Source of the DNA: an uncultured Gammaproteobacteria bacterium
GTDB taxonomy: Bacteria > Pseudomonadota > Gammaproteobacteria > CAISUE01
Length of the DNA: 64,000 nucleotides
Reading direction: 5' to 3'
Assembly (NCBI GenBank): GCA_903888615.1
Contig: CAISUE010000013.1
Span: 7,247-71,246 of the forward strand
Made by a program: the position numbers and the translations under genes. Under the pieces are notes generated by a model. The model was given only the letters and a program-made list of their open reading frames with translations. It searched no databases and was not told where the DNA came from. Below, in pieces: positions 19,928 through 28,097 of this stretch; position 1 is the first letter of the stretch, and each line of letters starts with the position of its first letter.

Positions 19928-22900
19928 TTAAGAAGCCGCAGAATTATTCTGTGTATTGCTTCTTTTCAAAATTCCACACATTTCTATACTAATAGTAGTA
20001 GCCAGTGGTGTACTAACACCACTTTTTAAATTCATCGTACTGGTTGATTTTGAACTTTCACTATTCGATGGTGGAACAAAGAAGTTAGAAAGTGACACGA
20101 TAGAATCTGTTACAAAATCGACAGTACGTTCCATTACTGCAGTACCATGGTGCAATAAATCCTGCCACTCTGCACTTCCTGCATTAGGACGGCTATACTC
20201 TACGTTTTCAGGCCCAGCTGGCCCATTTATTGTACTTATTAATAAAGACGTATCTGTCTCGTTTTTATGGTTAGCATAAGCAACATAGCGCATTTTTGGT
20301 ACAAACTCAGCTGTTTCTTCAAGTTTCGTGGAAACATGTGCAGCCACAGGGACTATAGAGTTAACTGACTTTTTAAGCTTATTAGCAAACGGTATAATGG
20401 GCGGCTTATCAGTCGATTTAAAAGGCCCACTAGCTAGTTCTATGCCATTCTCCAGTAAGCCACTATTTTCTGACTTTTTTTCTGACTTTAATGAGAATTC
20501 CTTAATCGTTATCATTGCAAGCTTTAAGTTGGCACGCAATGATTCCACAAAATGAAATATTGCCTTTTGCTTGGCGTTTAAAGGAGCTAAAGCGTGGTTC
20601 TTTTGTAAGACTTCAAGCTGAGCTGTCAATAATGTTAAATCTCCATCCACTAAGAGATATTTTAATTGTTGAATATAACTATTATGCGCTTCATTGTGAA
20701 AAATAACGGCATCAAGATGGGAGCGTAACTGACTTAACAGGGCTTGTAAGTAGTTAACTTGGCGTAATTGACAAGGATTTTTATCTTCATATTGTTCAAC
20801 AATCATCCCCACTGCCGCGGTTCGATAACACAAATCACTTAAGAGTGTTTGAAAACGACTGCCACTGGCATTACGGGTATGAACATAACCATAGTTACTG
20901 CTATTAAAATTAAAATCTTCTTGCGCTACCGTTTCACTCATCACAGTTAAACAGTTTAATAGCGAAACGATATCGTTAGAATCTTTTACTTGCTGTAACA
21001 ATTGATTGACTTTTTGGGTGCGATAAAAAGTGAAAGGAGACACTTTTTTATAATAAGCATTCAATTCTGCGGTAATGAATTGTTTGAGATCCTGATAACT
21101 ATTGTTATCTCCCATTCCAATTAAATGCTGTTTGTTTACACCCTTAATAATACCTAGGCCAATATTTTCTATAGACGCATTGAGCGACTTAGCAAAATAG
21201 CCAACCACCTTACGCTGAAAGTTAAGTGTCGCGATAGGAATTTCTCGACTAAGCTCCTGTTTTAATGCTGCCTTCACCATCAACCATTCACATTCAGGCT
21301 TCTGCGCTGATTGTTCAACCTGCCCCTTAAACTCCTCACTTATGAGAAAATATTCAGTCAAGTTAACACCAACATCACTAAAACACCCATCTTGTAACAT
21401 GCTGACTATTTCAGTTAGATCTTCCCAAGGAAAATCTTTTGCTAAGCTTGTTTCAATAGCCGCAAATAATCCTTTTCTTATGCTTGTTATCGATGCGACT
21501 AATTCCTCAGATAGAGCTCTACTTAGCATACTACGCAAAAAATCTAACTCATAAACAAACTCGGTACTGACAAATTCGCTTGGCGTTAATTTAAGAAAAT
21601 TTGCAATTACTCGTCGTTTGAATTTTTCCAAACCCCATTGTAATAACATAACTTCAGCTTGCGCTTCATCAGAGGGCATTGATTGCAATGCGCTGCGATA
21701 AGCATCGGTTTGCATGTTAATTTCATTGATTAATAGGCGTAACTGCTGCGATGCTGCTTTTGTTAAACCATTTAATTTTTCTAAAACTCTCTTCGGTGTA
21801 ATTGGGAAATTTCCATATTTATCTTTTTCTAACAAAATCGATACAATATCTAGACTTATAGCAACATCTGTAAAATTATCTCTCGGCCATACATTAAGCT
21901 TTAAATAGGGCATCAATGGCTGATCGTCTAATGATATTTCATCAGAAAGTATGAGTGCCTGATCAGCTTTAGCAAAAGCAGTCATTTCTGTTACATTAAA
22001 ATGAAAATGCTGGGCAAGACTTAATACTATGACTAAATCCTGAATGGTATTTTCATCATAGTTCCATGCAGTTGGCATTTCTTTAACATCAAAACGCCTA
22101 AGCCCTTGATCAGCCTTAAACATCACTGCTTGTAAACTTTGTAAAATTTTAATAGGTACTAAATTAGACTCTGAAACTCTATAAGCTAAATCATGAGATT
22201 TAATTGAATTCTCTTCATTTAGTTGAGCATTACTAATCTGTTGATAAAAATCTACAGTTAATGGTGAAACCACCCTCCTGACTTCATTTTCATCTTGGAT
22301 TAAATTCTTTTTTAACTGTTGAAAAGTCTCAGTTGATACGGACACTGTATCCTTTAAAGAAATCGGCTCATAAGATGTTAGCTTAAAATATAATACATTC
22401 CCTACGAAAACAAATGCTGGTGCATTATCGATAAAATCACCAATTTTTATAGTGTCATCTACAATTATTCGACCGTTTAATTGCTTAGCATTAGTAAGTT
22501 TCTGATACAACAACGCTGTAAATTTTGGATAAACTGATTCTTGCCTTAAAATAATAGCGAAAGTGGTATTTAAATGATTTTTATTAGTCCCTACAGCTAC
22601 ACATAGAGTCTCTTGATTCATATACACTGAAACTTCGTGTTTTTTACTATAAAGTAAGGTGTTTTCTAAGGAGCCATATATTGTAGAACAAGGATCAGCG
22701 TTTAACTTTTTTAACTGTTTCTTTAATTGTTTAGTCTCATTATTATCAGTTTCAATTTCAATTTCACCATAACCACTGAAAATATTAAAATGCGCCTGAG
22801 AAGAAAAAACAACATTCAAATCACGAGAACCTTCATTTCTTAGAAATTCACCAAACGCTTCATCACTCAAGCCAGTCAACCACGCAGTCATCACGGCATC

Positions 22901-22954
22901 CACTGCCGCAAAGTATTCCTTAACCGCTTTTAAATAAGCCACTATTTTTGTCAT
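19928..22954 (-). CDS. large hypothetical hydrophilic protein (1008 aa), AT-rich, lineage-specific; candidate translocated effector
   Basis: Uninterrupted 3 kb ORF with markedly lower GC than its neighbours. No transmembrane segments or signal peptide. No P-loop or other recognisable catalytic motif. Ser/Thr-rich C-terminal 50 aa. Confidence 0.7.
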   Translation of the reverse strand: MTKIVAYLKAVKEYFAAVDAVMTAWLTGLSDEAFGEFLRNEGSRDLNVVFSSQAHFNIFSGYGEIEIETDNNETKQLKKQLKKLNADPCSTIYGSLENTLLYSKKHEVSVYMNQETLCVAVGTNKNHLNTTFAIILRQESVYPKFTALLYQKLTNAKQLNGRIIVDDTIKIGDFIDNAPAFVFVGNVLYFKLTSYEPISLKDTVSVSTETFQQLKKNLIQDENEVRRVVSPLTVDFYQQISNAQLNEENSIKSHDLAYRVSESNLVPIKILQSLQAVMFKADQGLRRFDVKEMPTAWNYDENTIQDLVIVLSLAQHFHFNVTEMTAFAKADQALILSDEISLDDQPLMPYLKLNVWPRDNFTDVAISLDIVSILLEKDKYGNFPITPKRVLEKLNGLTKAASQQLRLLINEINMQTDAYRSALQSMPSDEAQAEVMLLQWGLEKFKRRVIANFLKLTPSEFVSTEFVYELDFLRSMLSRALSEELVASITSIRKGLFAAIETSLAKDFPWEDLTEIVSMLQDGCFSDVGVNLTEYFLISEEFKGQVEQSAQKPECEWLMVKAALKQELSREIPIATLNFQRKVVGYFAKSLNASIENIGLGIIKGVNKQHLIGMGDNNSYQDLKQFITAELNAYYKKVSPFTFYRTQKVNQLLQQVKDSNDIVSLLNCLTVMSETVAQEDFNFNSSNYGYVHTRNASGSRFQTLLSDLCYRTAAVGMIVEQYEDKNPCQLRQVNYLQALLSQLRSHLDAVIFHNEAHNSYIQQLKYLLVDGDLTLLTAQLEVLQKNHALAPLNAKQKAIFHFVESLRANLKLAMITIKEFSLKSEKKSENSGLLENGIELASGPFKSTDKPPIIPFANKLKKSVNSIVPVAAHVSTKLEETAEFVPKMRYVAYANHKNETDTSLLISTINGPAGPENVEYSRPNAGSAEWQDLLHHGTAVMERTVDFVTDSIVSLSNFFVPPSNSESSKSTSTMNLKSGVSTPLATTISIEMCGILKRSNTQNNSAAS

Positions 22955-23201
22955 GAATTTAGCATCTCTTGTAGAGTCATCATTTTTTTATAAGAGGGAT
23001 TGACTCGAATCAATTGCATTTTGTTTAGTTATTAAGATTTTCAAGCTATTTATAAGCTAATCCCAGCGTATAAAGTGCTATCTTAATTTTTAGGTGCACC
23101 ACTATAGCATAGGTTTTTTTGCTTTCTCAACAATTAGCCCCAGGATTCTCCTTCAAAGAAGCTTTTTCAAAAAAATACCCAAGCAAACAATGCTTACAAC
23201 T

Positions 23202-24011
23202 TTATACTTGGGGTTGCAACTGTACTTCACCAACGGAATAAGGCACTAAACTACCCTCAGCGCGCTCGATTAATAACTGGCCTGTCGCATTAATACCACG
23301 CGCAATCCCCGTTTCTTGCTGATTATTAAAGGTAAATACCAATTTTTGACCGGCTAGCGCATCCACTTTTTCCCAGCGCGCTTGGAAAGAACCTAAACCT
23401 TCGCTCATAAATTGGCCATAATCGGTAAGAAACCGATTGATCACAGCTGCCACCAGACGATTACGATCAAAGGCTTTCCCGGTTAATAATGCCAAAGAAC
23501 TGGCCGGTGGCGTGCGACGGATATCGGAATAATCCAGCCCATTAACATTCAAGCCAAGCCCTAACACTAATTGCAGCAAAGCTCCTGCACTTTGGCTTTC
23601 AAGTAAAACACCCGCCACTTTGTGACCATTACCCCAAAGATCATTGGGCCATTTCACTTGCCAGCAGATTGCAGGGGCAATTTCTTGTAATACGTGCACC
23701 ACACTTAAGCCTGCCACTAAACTTAAAGACGCTATCCCACGCTGTTGCTCTTTACTCAAAGCAAGCACCCAACTTAAAGAGAGGTAGATATTTTCACCCC
23801 GTGGCGAATGCCACGTGCGCCCCAAGCGGCCACGTCCGGCGGTCTGGGTTTCTGCCACCAACACATGCCAATGATGCAGTCGGCACACCTGACTCAACGC
23901 ATAGCTATTGGTTGAAGCTAAGCTTTCAAAACACTGGATCGCAACACAAGGTTGCCACATCAATGCTAATTGGGCATGAATAGGATCGGGATCGAGCTTT
24001 GTCATGGACAC
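23202..24011 (-). CDS. birA: biotin--[acetyl-CoA-carboxylase] ligase (class I, no DNA-binding domain)
   Basis: GRGRLGRTWHSP biotin-binding motif and KWPNDL motif. At 269 aa it lacks the N-terminal helix-turn-helix. Confidence 0.85.
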   Translation of the reverse strand: MSMTKLDPDPIHAQLALMWQPCVAIQCFESLASTNSYALSQVCRLHHWHVLVAETQTAGRGRLGRTWHSPRGENIYLSLSWVLALSKEQQRGIASLSLVAGLSVVHVLQEIAPAICWQVKWPNDLWGNGHKVAGVLLESQSAGALLQLVLGLGLNVNGLDYSDIRRTPPASSLALLTGKAFDRNRLVAAVINRFLTDYGQFMSEGLGSFQARWEKVDALAGQKLVFTFNNQQETGIARGINATGQLLIERAEGSLVPYSVGEVQLQPQV

Positions 24012-24039
24012 TTTTTCATTATCCTTAAGTTAATTTTTG

Positions 24040-24147
24040 CGTATCTATTCAGCACCACGAGCGGGAAACATGCACCATCGCTATTAGTCCCCACTAGCAA
24101 GCTTCTACAAAAAATGGGCTCAATGTGCTGAATAGATACGTTTTTTT
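24040..24147 (+). other. long hairpin (16-bp perfect stem, about 69-nt loop) followed by T7; possible small RNA 3' end or regulatory structure in the birA upstream region
   Basis: cgtatctattcagcac ... gtgctgaatagatacg followed by ttttttt. Confidence 0.4.
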
Positions 24148-24288
24148 AATGAATAAAGAATAAGTCATAATCACCCTCATTCAACAACCTCCTGTGGTGA
24201 TATTGCGTTATATTAAGCAATAAATCTAGGGGGCAGCGTTAAGCATGCAGGGCCACCTCCTTAAAATGGCAAAACTGAAAATGGAATA

Positions 24289-24310
24289 TGACAACTTTAA
24301 AAAGTTGTCA
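24289..24310. promoter_or_regulatory. perfect 22-bp palindrome (10-bp arms, 2-bp spacer), candidate dimeric-regulator operator
   Basis: tgacaacttt-aa-aaagttgtca. Confidence 0.35.
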
Positions 24311-24340
24311 TCCATAAAGTTGAGCCATTCATACCGTTAC

Positions 24341-24548
24341 TAAGGCTAAAAGCCTGATAAAATTTAGCCCAGGGTTGAGCAATAGCGCAACCCTGGGCTA
24401 GCATGAACATCAACGAGCGCTTGCTTATGCGCCTACAGCGCGTGATGGTTTTGTATCAATAACCCAGGGCGAATGCGCCTTGGGCTAACATCTTTATGGC
24501 CTTCGGCCAGAGTTTCCTGGCAAGCTATGTATTTTTTCATAAGGGGTC
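24341..24548 (+). repeat. palindromic MITE/REP-like interspersed repeat, copy 1
   Basis: Shares more than 80% identity over about 170 bp with the reverse complements of 26448..26672 and 52508..52761. Contains internal hairpins gcccagggtt-N12-aaccctgggc and ggccttcggcc. Confidence 0.8.
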
Positions 24549-24589
24549 CCCTGCTTAAGCATCCCCTGGGACTAGTTTCTAGCTTCTTA

Positions 24590-24637
24590 CTACTATATCT
24601 TGTGTTTTATTTTAGCATTGAACACTACATCTTGTAT
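24590..24637 (+). promoter_or_regulatory. tandem NrdR-box-like operator upstream of nrdB
   Basis: Two 16-mers, ctactatatcttgtgt (24590-24605) and acactacatcttgtat (24622-24637), each match the NrdR consensus acaCwAtATaTwGtgt at 13 of 16 positions. Their starts are 32 bp apart, which is three helical turns. Confidence 0.5.
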
Positions 24638-24691
24638 TTTGACTTGTTTTTGGTAAAATAACGTCACCCTTATTTAGCACGAGAATCCCTT

Positions 24692-25825
24692 ATGTCCACA
24701 CCCTTATCTTGGCAAGACCCTGTAGCCCTTCAAACCGATGTTGCATCAAATGGCACTGCTAACATGGGTGGTATCACCGGTTTAGAACAATTAGCTATGG
24801 GCGCGGCAAGAATTCGCGTTGATGATAAAAAAATCATCAATTGTCGCGCCGATCTTAACCAATTAGTACCATTTAAATACGAATGGGCTTGGAAAAAATA
24901 CCTCGATGCCTGCGCTAATCATTGGATGCCAAATGAAATCAATATGGCGGCAGATATCGCTTTATGGAAAGATCCCGTTGGTTTAACCGATGATGAACGC
25001 ATTATCATTAAACGCAACTTAGGTTTCTTTGCCACTGCCGATTCATTGGTAGCCAATAATTTAGTCCTTGCGGTGTATCGTCACATCACCAATCCCGAAT
25101 GCCGCCAATATTTATTGCGTCAAGCCTTTGAAGAAGCTCTGCATACCCACGCTTACCAATATATCATTGAAAGCTTAGGTTTAGATGAAGCTGAAGTGTT
25201 TAATATGTATCGTGAAATTCCCTCGGTTGCCCGCAAAGCAGAATGGGCATTACCTTTTACCCAAAGTTTGGGCGATCCCCACTTTCATACCGGTACCCAT
25301 GCCAATAATCAACGTTTATTGCGAGATTTAATTGCGTTTTATGTGGTATTCGAAGGTATTTTCTTTTATGTTGGTTTTGCCCAAATCCTCTCAATGGGTC
25401 GGCGCAATAAAATGGTTGGTGCCTCAGAACAATTCCAATACATCATGCGCGATGAATCGATGCATATGAATTTTGGTATCGACGTTATCAATCAAATCAA
25501 AATTGAAAATCCCGGTTTATGGACCACAGTTTTTCAACAAGAAATGATCGATTTAGTCAAAGAAGGTGTTGATTTAGAATTCCTTTATGCCCAAGAAACT
25601 ATGCCCAATGGGATTTTAGGCCTCAACGCCCCTATGTTTAAAGAATATTTAGAATACATCGCTAACCGGCGTTTAACGCAAATTGGCTTAGCTGAACAAT
25701 ACCCGGGTGCCACCAATCCTTTCCCTTGGATGAGTGAAGTGATGGATTTGAAAAAAGAAAAAAACTTTTTTGAAACCCGCGTCATTGAATACCAAGCTGG
25801 CGGGACACTTGCCTGGGATGAATAA
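24692..25825 (+). CDS. nrdB: ribonucleoside-diphosphate reductase beta subunit (class Ia R2)
   Basis: 377 aa. Diiron ligand motifs ExxH present twice (EEALH, DESMH) and the radical tyrosine is in HTHAY. No nrdA is adjacent. Confidence 0.85.
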   Translation: MSTPLSWQDPVALQTDVASNGTANMGGITGLEQLAMGAARIRVDDKKIINCRADLNQLVPFKYEWAWKKYLDACANHWMPNEINMAADIALWKDPVGLTDDERIIIKRNLGFFATADSLVANNLVLAVYRHITNPECRQYLLRQAFEEALHTHAYQYIIESLGLDEAEVFNMYREIPSVARKAEWALPFTQSLGDPHFHTGTHANNQRLLRDLIAFYVVFEGIFFYVGFAQILSMGRRNKMVGASEQFQYIMRDESMHMNFGIDVINQIKIENPGLWTTVFQQEMIDLVKEGVDLEFLYAQETMPNGILGLNAPMFKEYLEYIANRRLTQIGLAEQYPGATNPFPWMSEVMDLKKEKNFFETRVIEYQAGGTLAWDE

Positions 25826-25850
25826 TTAAAAACGTCAGTGCTGCCAATTA

Positions 25851-25880
25851 TTCGTTATTGTTGACAGCCTTCATCCCTAA
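25851..25880 (+). promoter_or_regulatory. consensus sigma-70 promoter of secreted-protein cassette A
   Basis: TTGACA-N18-TATGAT, 47 nt before the ATG. Identical in cassette B. Confidence 0.6.
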
Positions 25881-25933
25881 CCGCTATGATGAACGCTGTA
25901 GTCTCATATCATCTAAATGGAGTTTAACTTTTT

Positions 25934-26320
25934 ATGAACAAAAAAACCTTTGTAGTAGGAACCCTAATCGCTGCTGTCCTAGGCTTTGCTGCTTCTTCTG
26001 CTATGGCAACACCAGTAGGACCAGTAGGACTAGGAATCAAAACAGAACAAGCAACCGCTCCAAAACCAATACAAGTCATAATTACAGCAGCAGCTGTTAA
26101 GAAGATTATGAGTGAAAGTCAATCAGTTGCTGACTTTGAAGGTAAAATAACAAATGAATATAAGATTCTTTTCAGTCCCCGTGACGCTGCGACATTAAAA
26201 AGCCTTTATCCTAACGGTGCTGCTAATCTAACTTCTATTGTTAACCTACTTCAGAAAATTGCTAGCCAACAAAAAGCTCCTGGAAAACTACCAGATAACG
26301 AAACTGGACCAGCAGCATAA
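25934..26320 (+). CDS. small secreted protein (128 aa), cassette A
   Basis: Sec signal peptide MNKKTFVVGTLIAAVLGFAASSAMA/TP followed by a hydrophilic mature region. The promoter and terminator are shared with the downstream paralogue. Confidence 0.7.
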   Translation: MNKKTFVVGTLIAAVLGFAASSAMATPVGPVGLGIKTEQATAPKPIQVIITAAAVKKIMSESQSVADFEGKITNEYKILFSPRDAATLKSLYPNGAANLTSIVNLLQKIASQQKAPGKLPDNETGPAA

Positions 26321-26340
26321 GCTTTAACTCTGTAACGCGT

Positions 26341-26384
26341 CCTCCCTTTGAAATAAACTTTTCTTTCAAAGGGAGGCGTTTATT
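26341..26384 (+). terminator. rho-independent terminator of cassette A (duplicated copy of the lpxA-proximal terminator)
   Basis: cctccctttgaaa-taaacttttc-tttcaaagggagg hairpin followed by cgtttatt. It continues into a copied 3' fragment of lpxA (ttaacgcacaatccctctg) at 26385-26401. Confidence 0.7.
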
Positions 26385-26447
26385 AACGCACAATCCCTCT
26401 GCTTAAATACTTTAAAATTTCCCACCGTATTGCTTAAATGAATATCT

Positions 26448-26672
26448 CTTATCAGTTCACTTCATTAAAAAATAACTTATAGGCAAAGAAATTTTGGCCG
26501 AAGGCCATAAAGATCTTAGCCCAAGGCGCATTCGCCCTGGGTTATTGATACAAAACCATCGTGCACTGTAGGCGCACAAGCAAGTTTTCTGCCGCGCCTG
26601 TAGCGCTTGTTCAAGTGGTATCGATTTCCCAGGGCGTTGTCCTAGACTAAATGCTCTAAAGCTTTTCGCCTT
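26448..26672 (-). repeat. palindromic MITE/REP-like interspersed repeat, copy 2 (inverted relative to copy 1; internal deletion)
   Basis: ggccgaaggccataaagatcttagcccaaggcgcattcgccctgggttattgatacaaaaccatc... aligns with the reverse complement of copy 1 and with copy 3. Confidence 0.8.
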
Positions 26673-26744
26673 ATTGGGGACACTAAGGGTGATTTTTTCT
26701 CTTTAAAAATTTAACTCCCATCAATCGATATTTATCTATTATCA

Positions 26745-26774
26745 TTGACAGCTTTTATCAATAACCGCTATGAT
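26745..26774 (+). promoter_or_regulatory. consensus sigma-70 promoter of secreted-protein cassette B
   Basis: TTGACA-N18-TATGAT, an identical arrangement to 25851..25880. Confidence 0.6.
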
Positions 26775-26817
26775 CAATGCCGTAGTCTCATATCATCTAA
26801 ATGGAGTTTAACTTTTT

Positions 26818-27227
26818 ATGAACAAAAAACCTTTGTAGTAGGAACCCTAATCGCTGCTGTCCTAGGCTTTGCTGCTTCTTCTGCTATGGCGCAAAACCCA
26901 GCAGAACCATTTAACCGTTCAGCACAAAAACCCGACAGTGTAACTCAAAATACGCTCTTGTTCACAGAAAAAACTGCTCAAGAATTTATTAAGGAGTATC
27001 CTACACCAACAGAATTGCTGCAGGAAGTGCAAGATTTTGCACCTAAGCATCCGCTTACCACTCAACAAAAGGCTGACCTAACAAAATTTTGCGTTCCTAA
27101 TCCTGAATCAGATGAGCTCGACCTACCATGCTACAAAGTACTGAACCAAATAATTGAAAAAAATGCCAAAGACGGTTACAAACAGTCTCCTAAATGGTTA
27201 ACCGGGTCTTCAACTTCCAAAAGATAA
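26818..27227 (+). pseudogene. small secreted protein cassette B, out of frame after codon 4 (A6 versus A7 homopolymer); pseudogene or phase-variable
   Basis: The 5' 156 bp are identical to cassette A except for one fewer A in atgaacaaaaaa(a)cc. The ATG frame stops after MNKKPL. The downstream frame encodes the same signal peptide (FVVGTLIAAVLGFAASSAMA) and then an unrelated 111-aa mature region. The ORF track's 26745..27227 ORF starts at a TTG that is the promoter -35 box. Confidence 0.55.
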
Positions 27228-27240
27228 TACTCTGTAACGC

Positions 27241-27285
27241 GTCCTCCCTTTGAAATAAACTTTTCTTTCAAAGGGAGGCGTTTAT
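27241..27285 (+). terminator. bidirectional rho-independent terminator between cassette B and lpxA
   Basis: Hairpin identical to 26341..26384, directly abutting the lpxA stop codon. Confidence 0.7.
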
Positions 27286-28097
27286 TAACGCACAATCCCT
27301 CTGGCTGAATTCTTTAAACTGTCGATCAATAATGCTACTGCTGGCGCTTCTTTAAGCAATGCTGCTAATTGCAACAAAGCGTCTTCTACTGTTAAATTGT
27401 GCCGAAAAATAATTTTATAGGCATTTTTTAAAGCACTGATCGTTTCTACACTGAAACCATGGCGTTTTAAACCTTCACTGTTTAAACCAAAAGCACTGGG
27501 ATTTGAACCACCGGCAATCATTAAATACGGCAATACATCTTTCACAATCGCACTATTACCACCGATAAAACTGTACGAACCGAGGGTGCAAAATTGATGC
27601 ACTCCCGAATAACCACCCATAATCACATGGTTTTCGACGGTCACATGACCCGCTAAACCGACATAATTCGCAAATACATTGCCATCACCCAATAAACAAT
27701 CATGGGCAACATGCACATAAGCCATCAATAAATTATCATTGCCAAGGCGCGTCACACTACCACCTTGAACGGTACCGCGATTTAACGTGCACGATTCTCG
27801 AATGGTATTGTTATCGCCGATTTCCAGCCAGGTGTCTTCACCTTTAAATTTTTTATCTTGCGGCACTTCACCGATCGAAGCAAATTGAAAAATATGGTTG
27901 TTGCTGCCAATCTTCGTTGGCCCTTTAATCACGACATGCGATTCAATAATCGTGCCTGAACCGATACTAACTCCTGCACCTATGTGTGTCCAAGGGCCGA
28001 TTTTGACATCAGGTGCGATCTTCGCACTGGGATGGATGTCTGCTCGCGGATCAATCATGATACCGTCCTGCGCATACTTTTTAATATTGCTTCGCAC
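27285..28097 (-). CDS. lpxA: acyl-ACP--UDP-N-acetylglucosamine O-acyltransferase
   Basis: 270-aa left-handed beta-helix hexapeptide-repeat protein located in the lpxD-fabZ-lpxA cluster. Confidence 0.92.
   Translation of the reverse strand: MRSNIKKYAQDGIMIDPRADIHPSAKIAPDVKIGPWTHIGAGVSIGSGTIIESHVVIKGPTKIGSNNHIFQFASIGEVPQDKKFKGEDTWLEIGDNNTIRESCTLNRGTVQGGSVTRLGNDNLLMAYVHVAHDCLLGDGNVFANYVGLAGHVTVENHVIMGGYSGVHQFCTLGSYSFIGGNSAIVKDVLPYLMIAGGSNPSAFGLNSEGLKRHGFSVETISALKNAYKIIFRHNLTVEDALLQLAALLKEAPAVALLIDSLKNSARGIVR

Noticed and set aside
25858-26100. 80-aa Cys/Arg-rich ORF overlapping the cassette A promoter and 5' end
   Set aside because: It is a read-through frame across the promoter, UTR and signal-peptide region of the real gene.
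26745-27227. The ORF track's 160-aa ORF starting at TTG 26745
   Set aside because: The TTG is the -35 hexamer of a consensus promoter that is duplicated exactly upstream of cassette A. The real initiation codon is the ATG at 26818, and the long ORF exists only because of the A6 frameshift.
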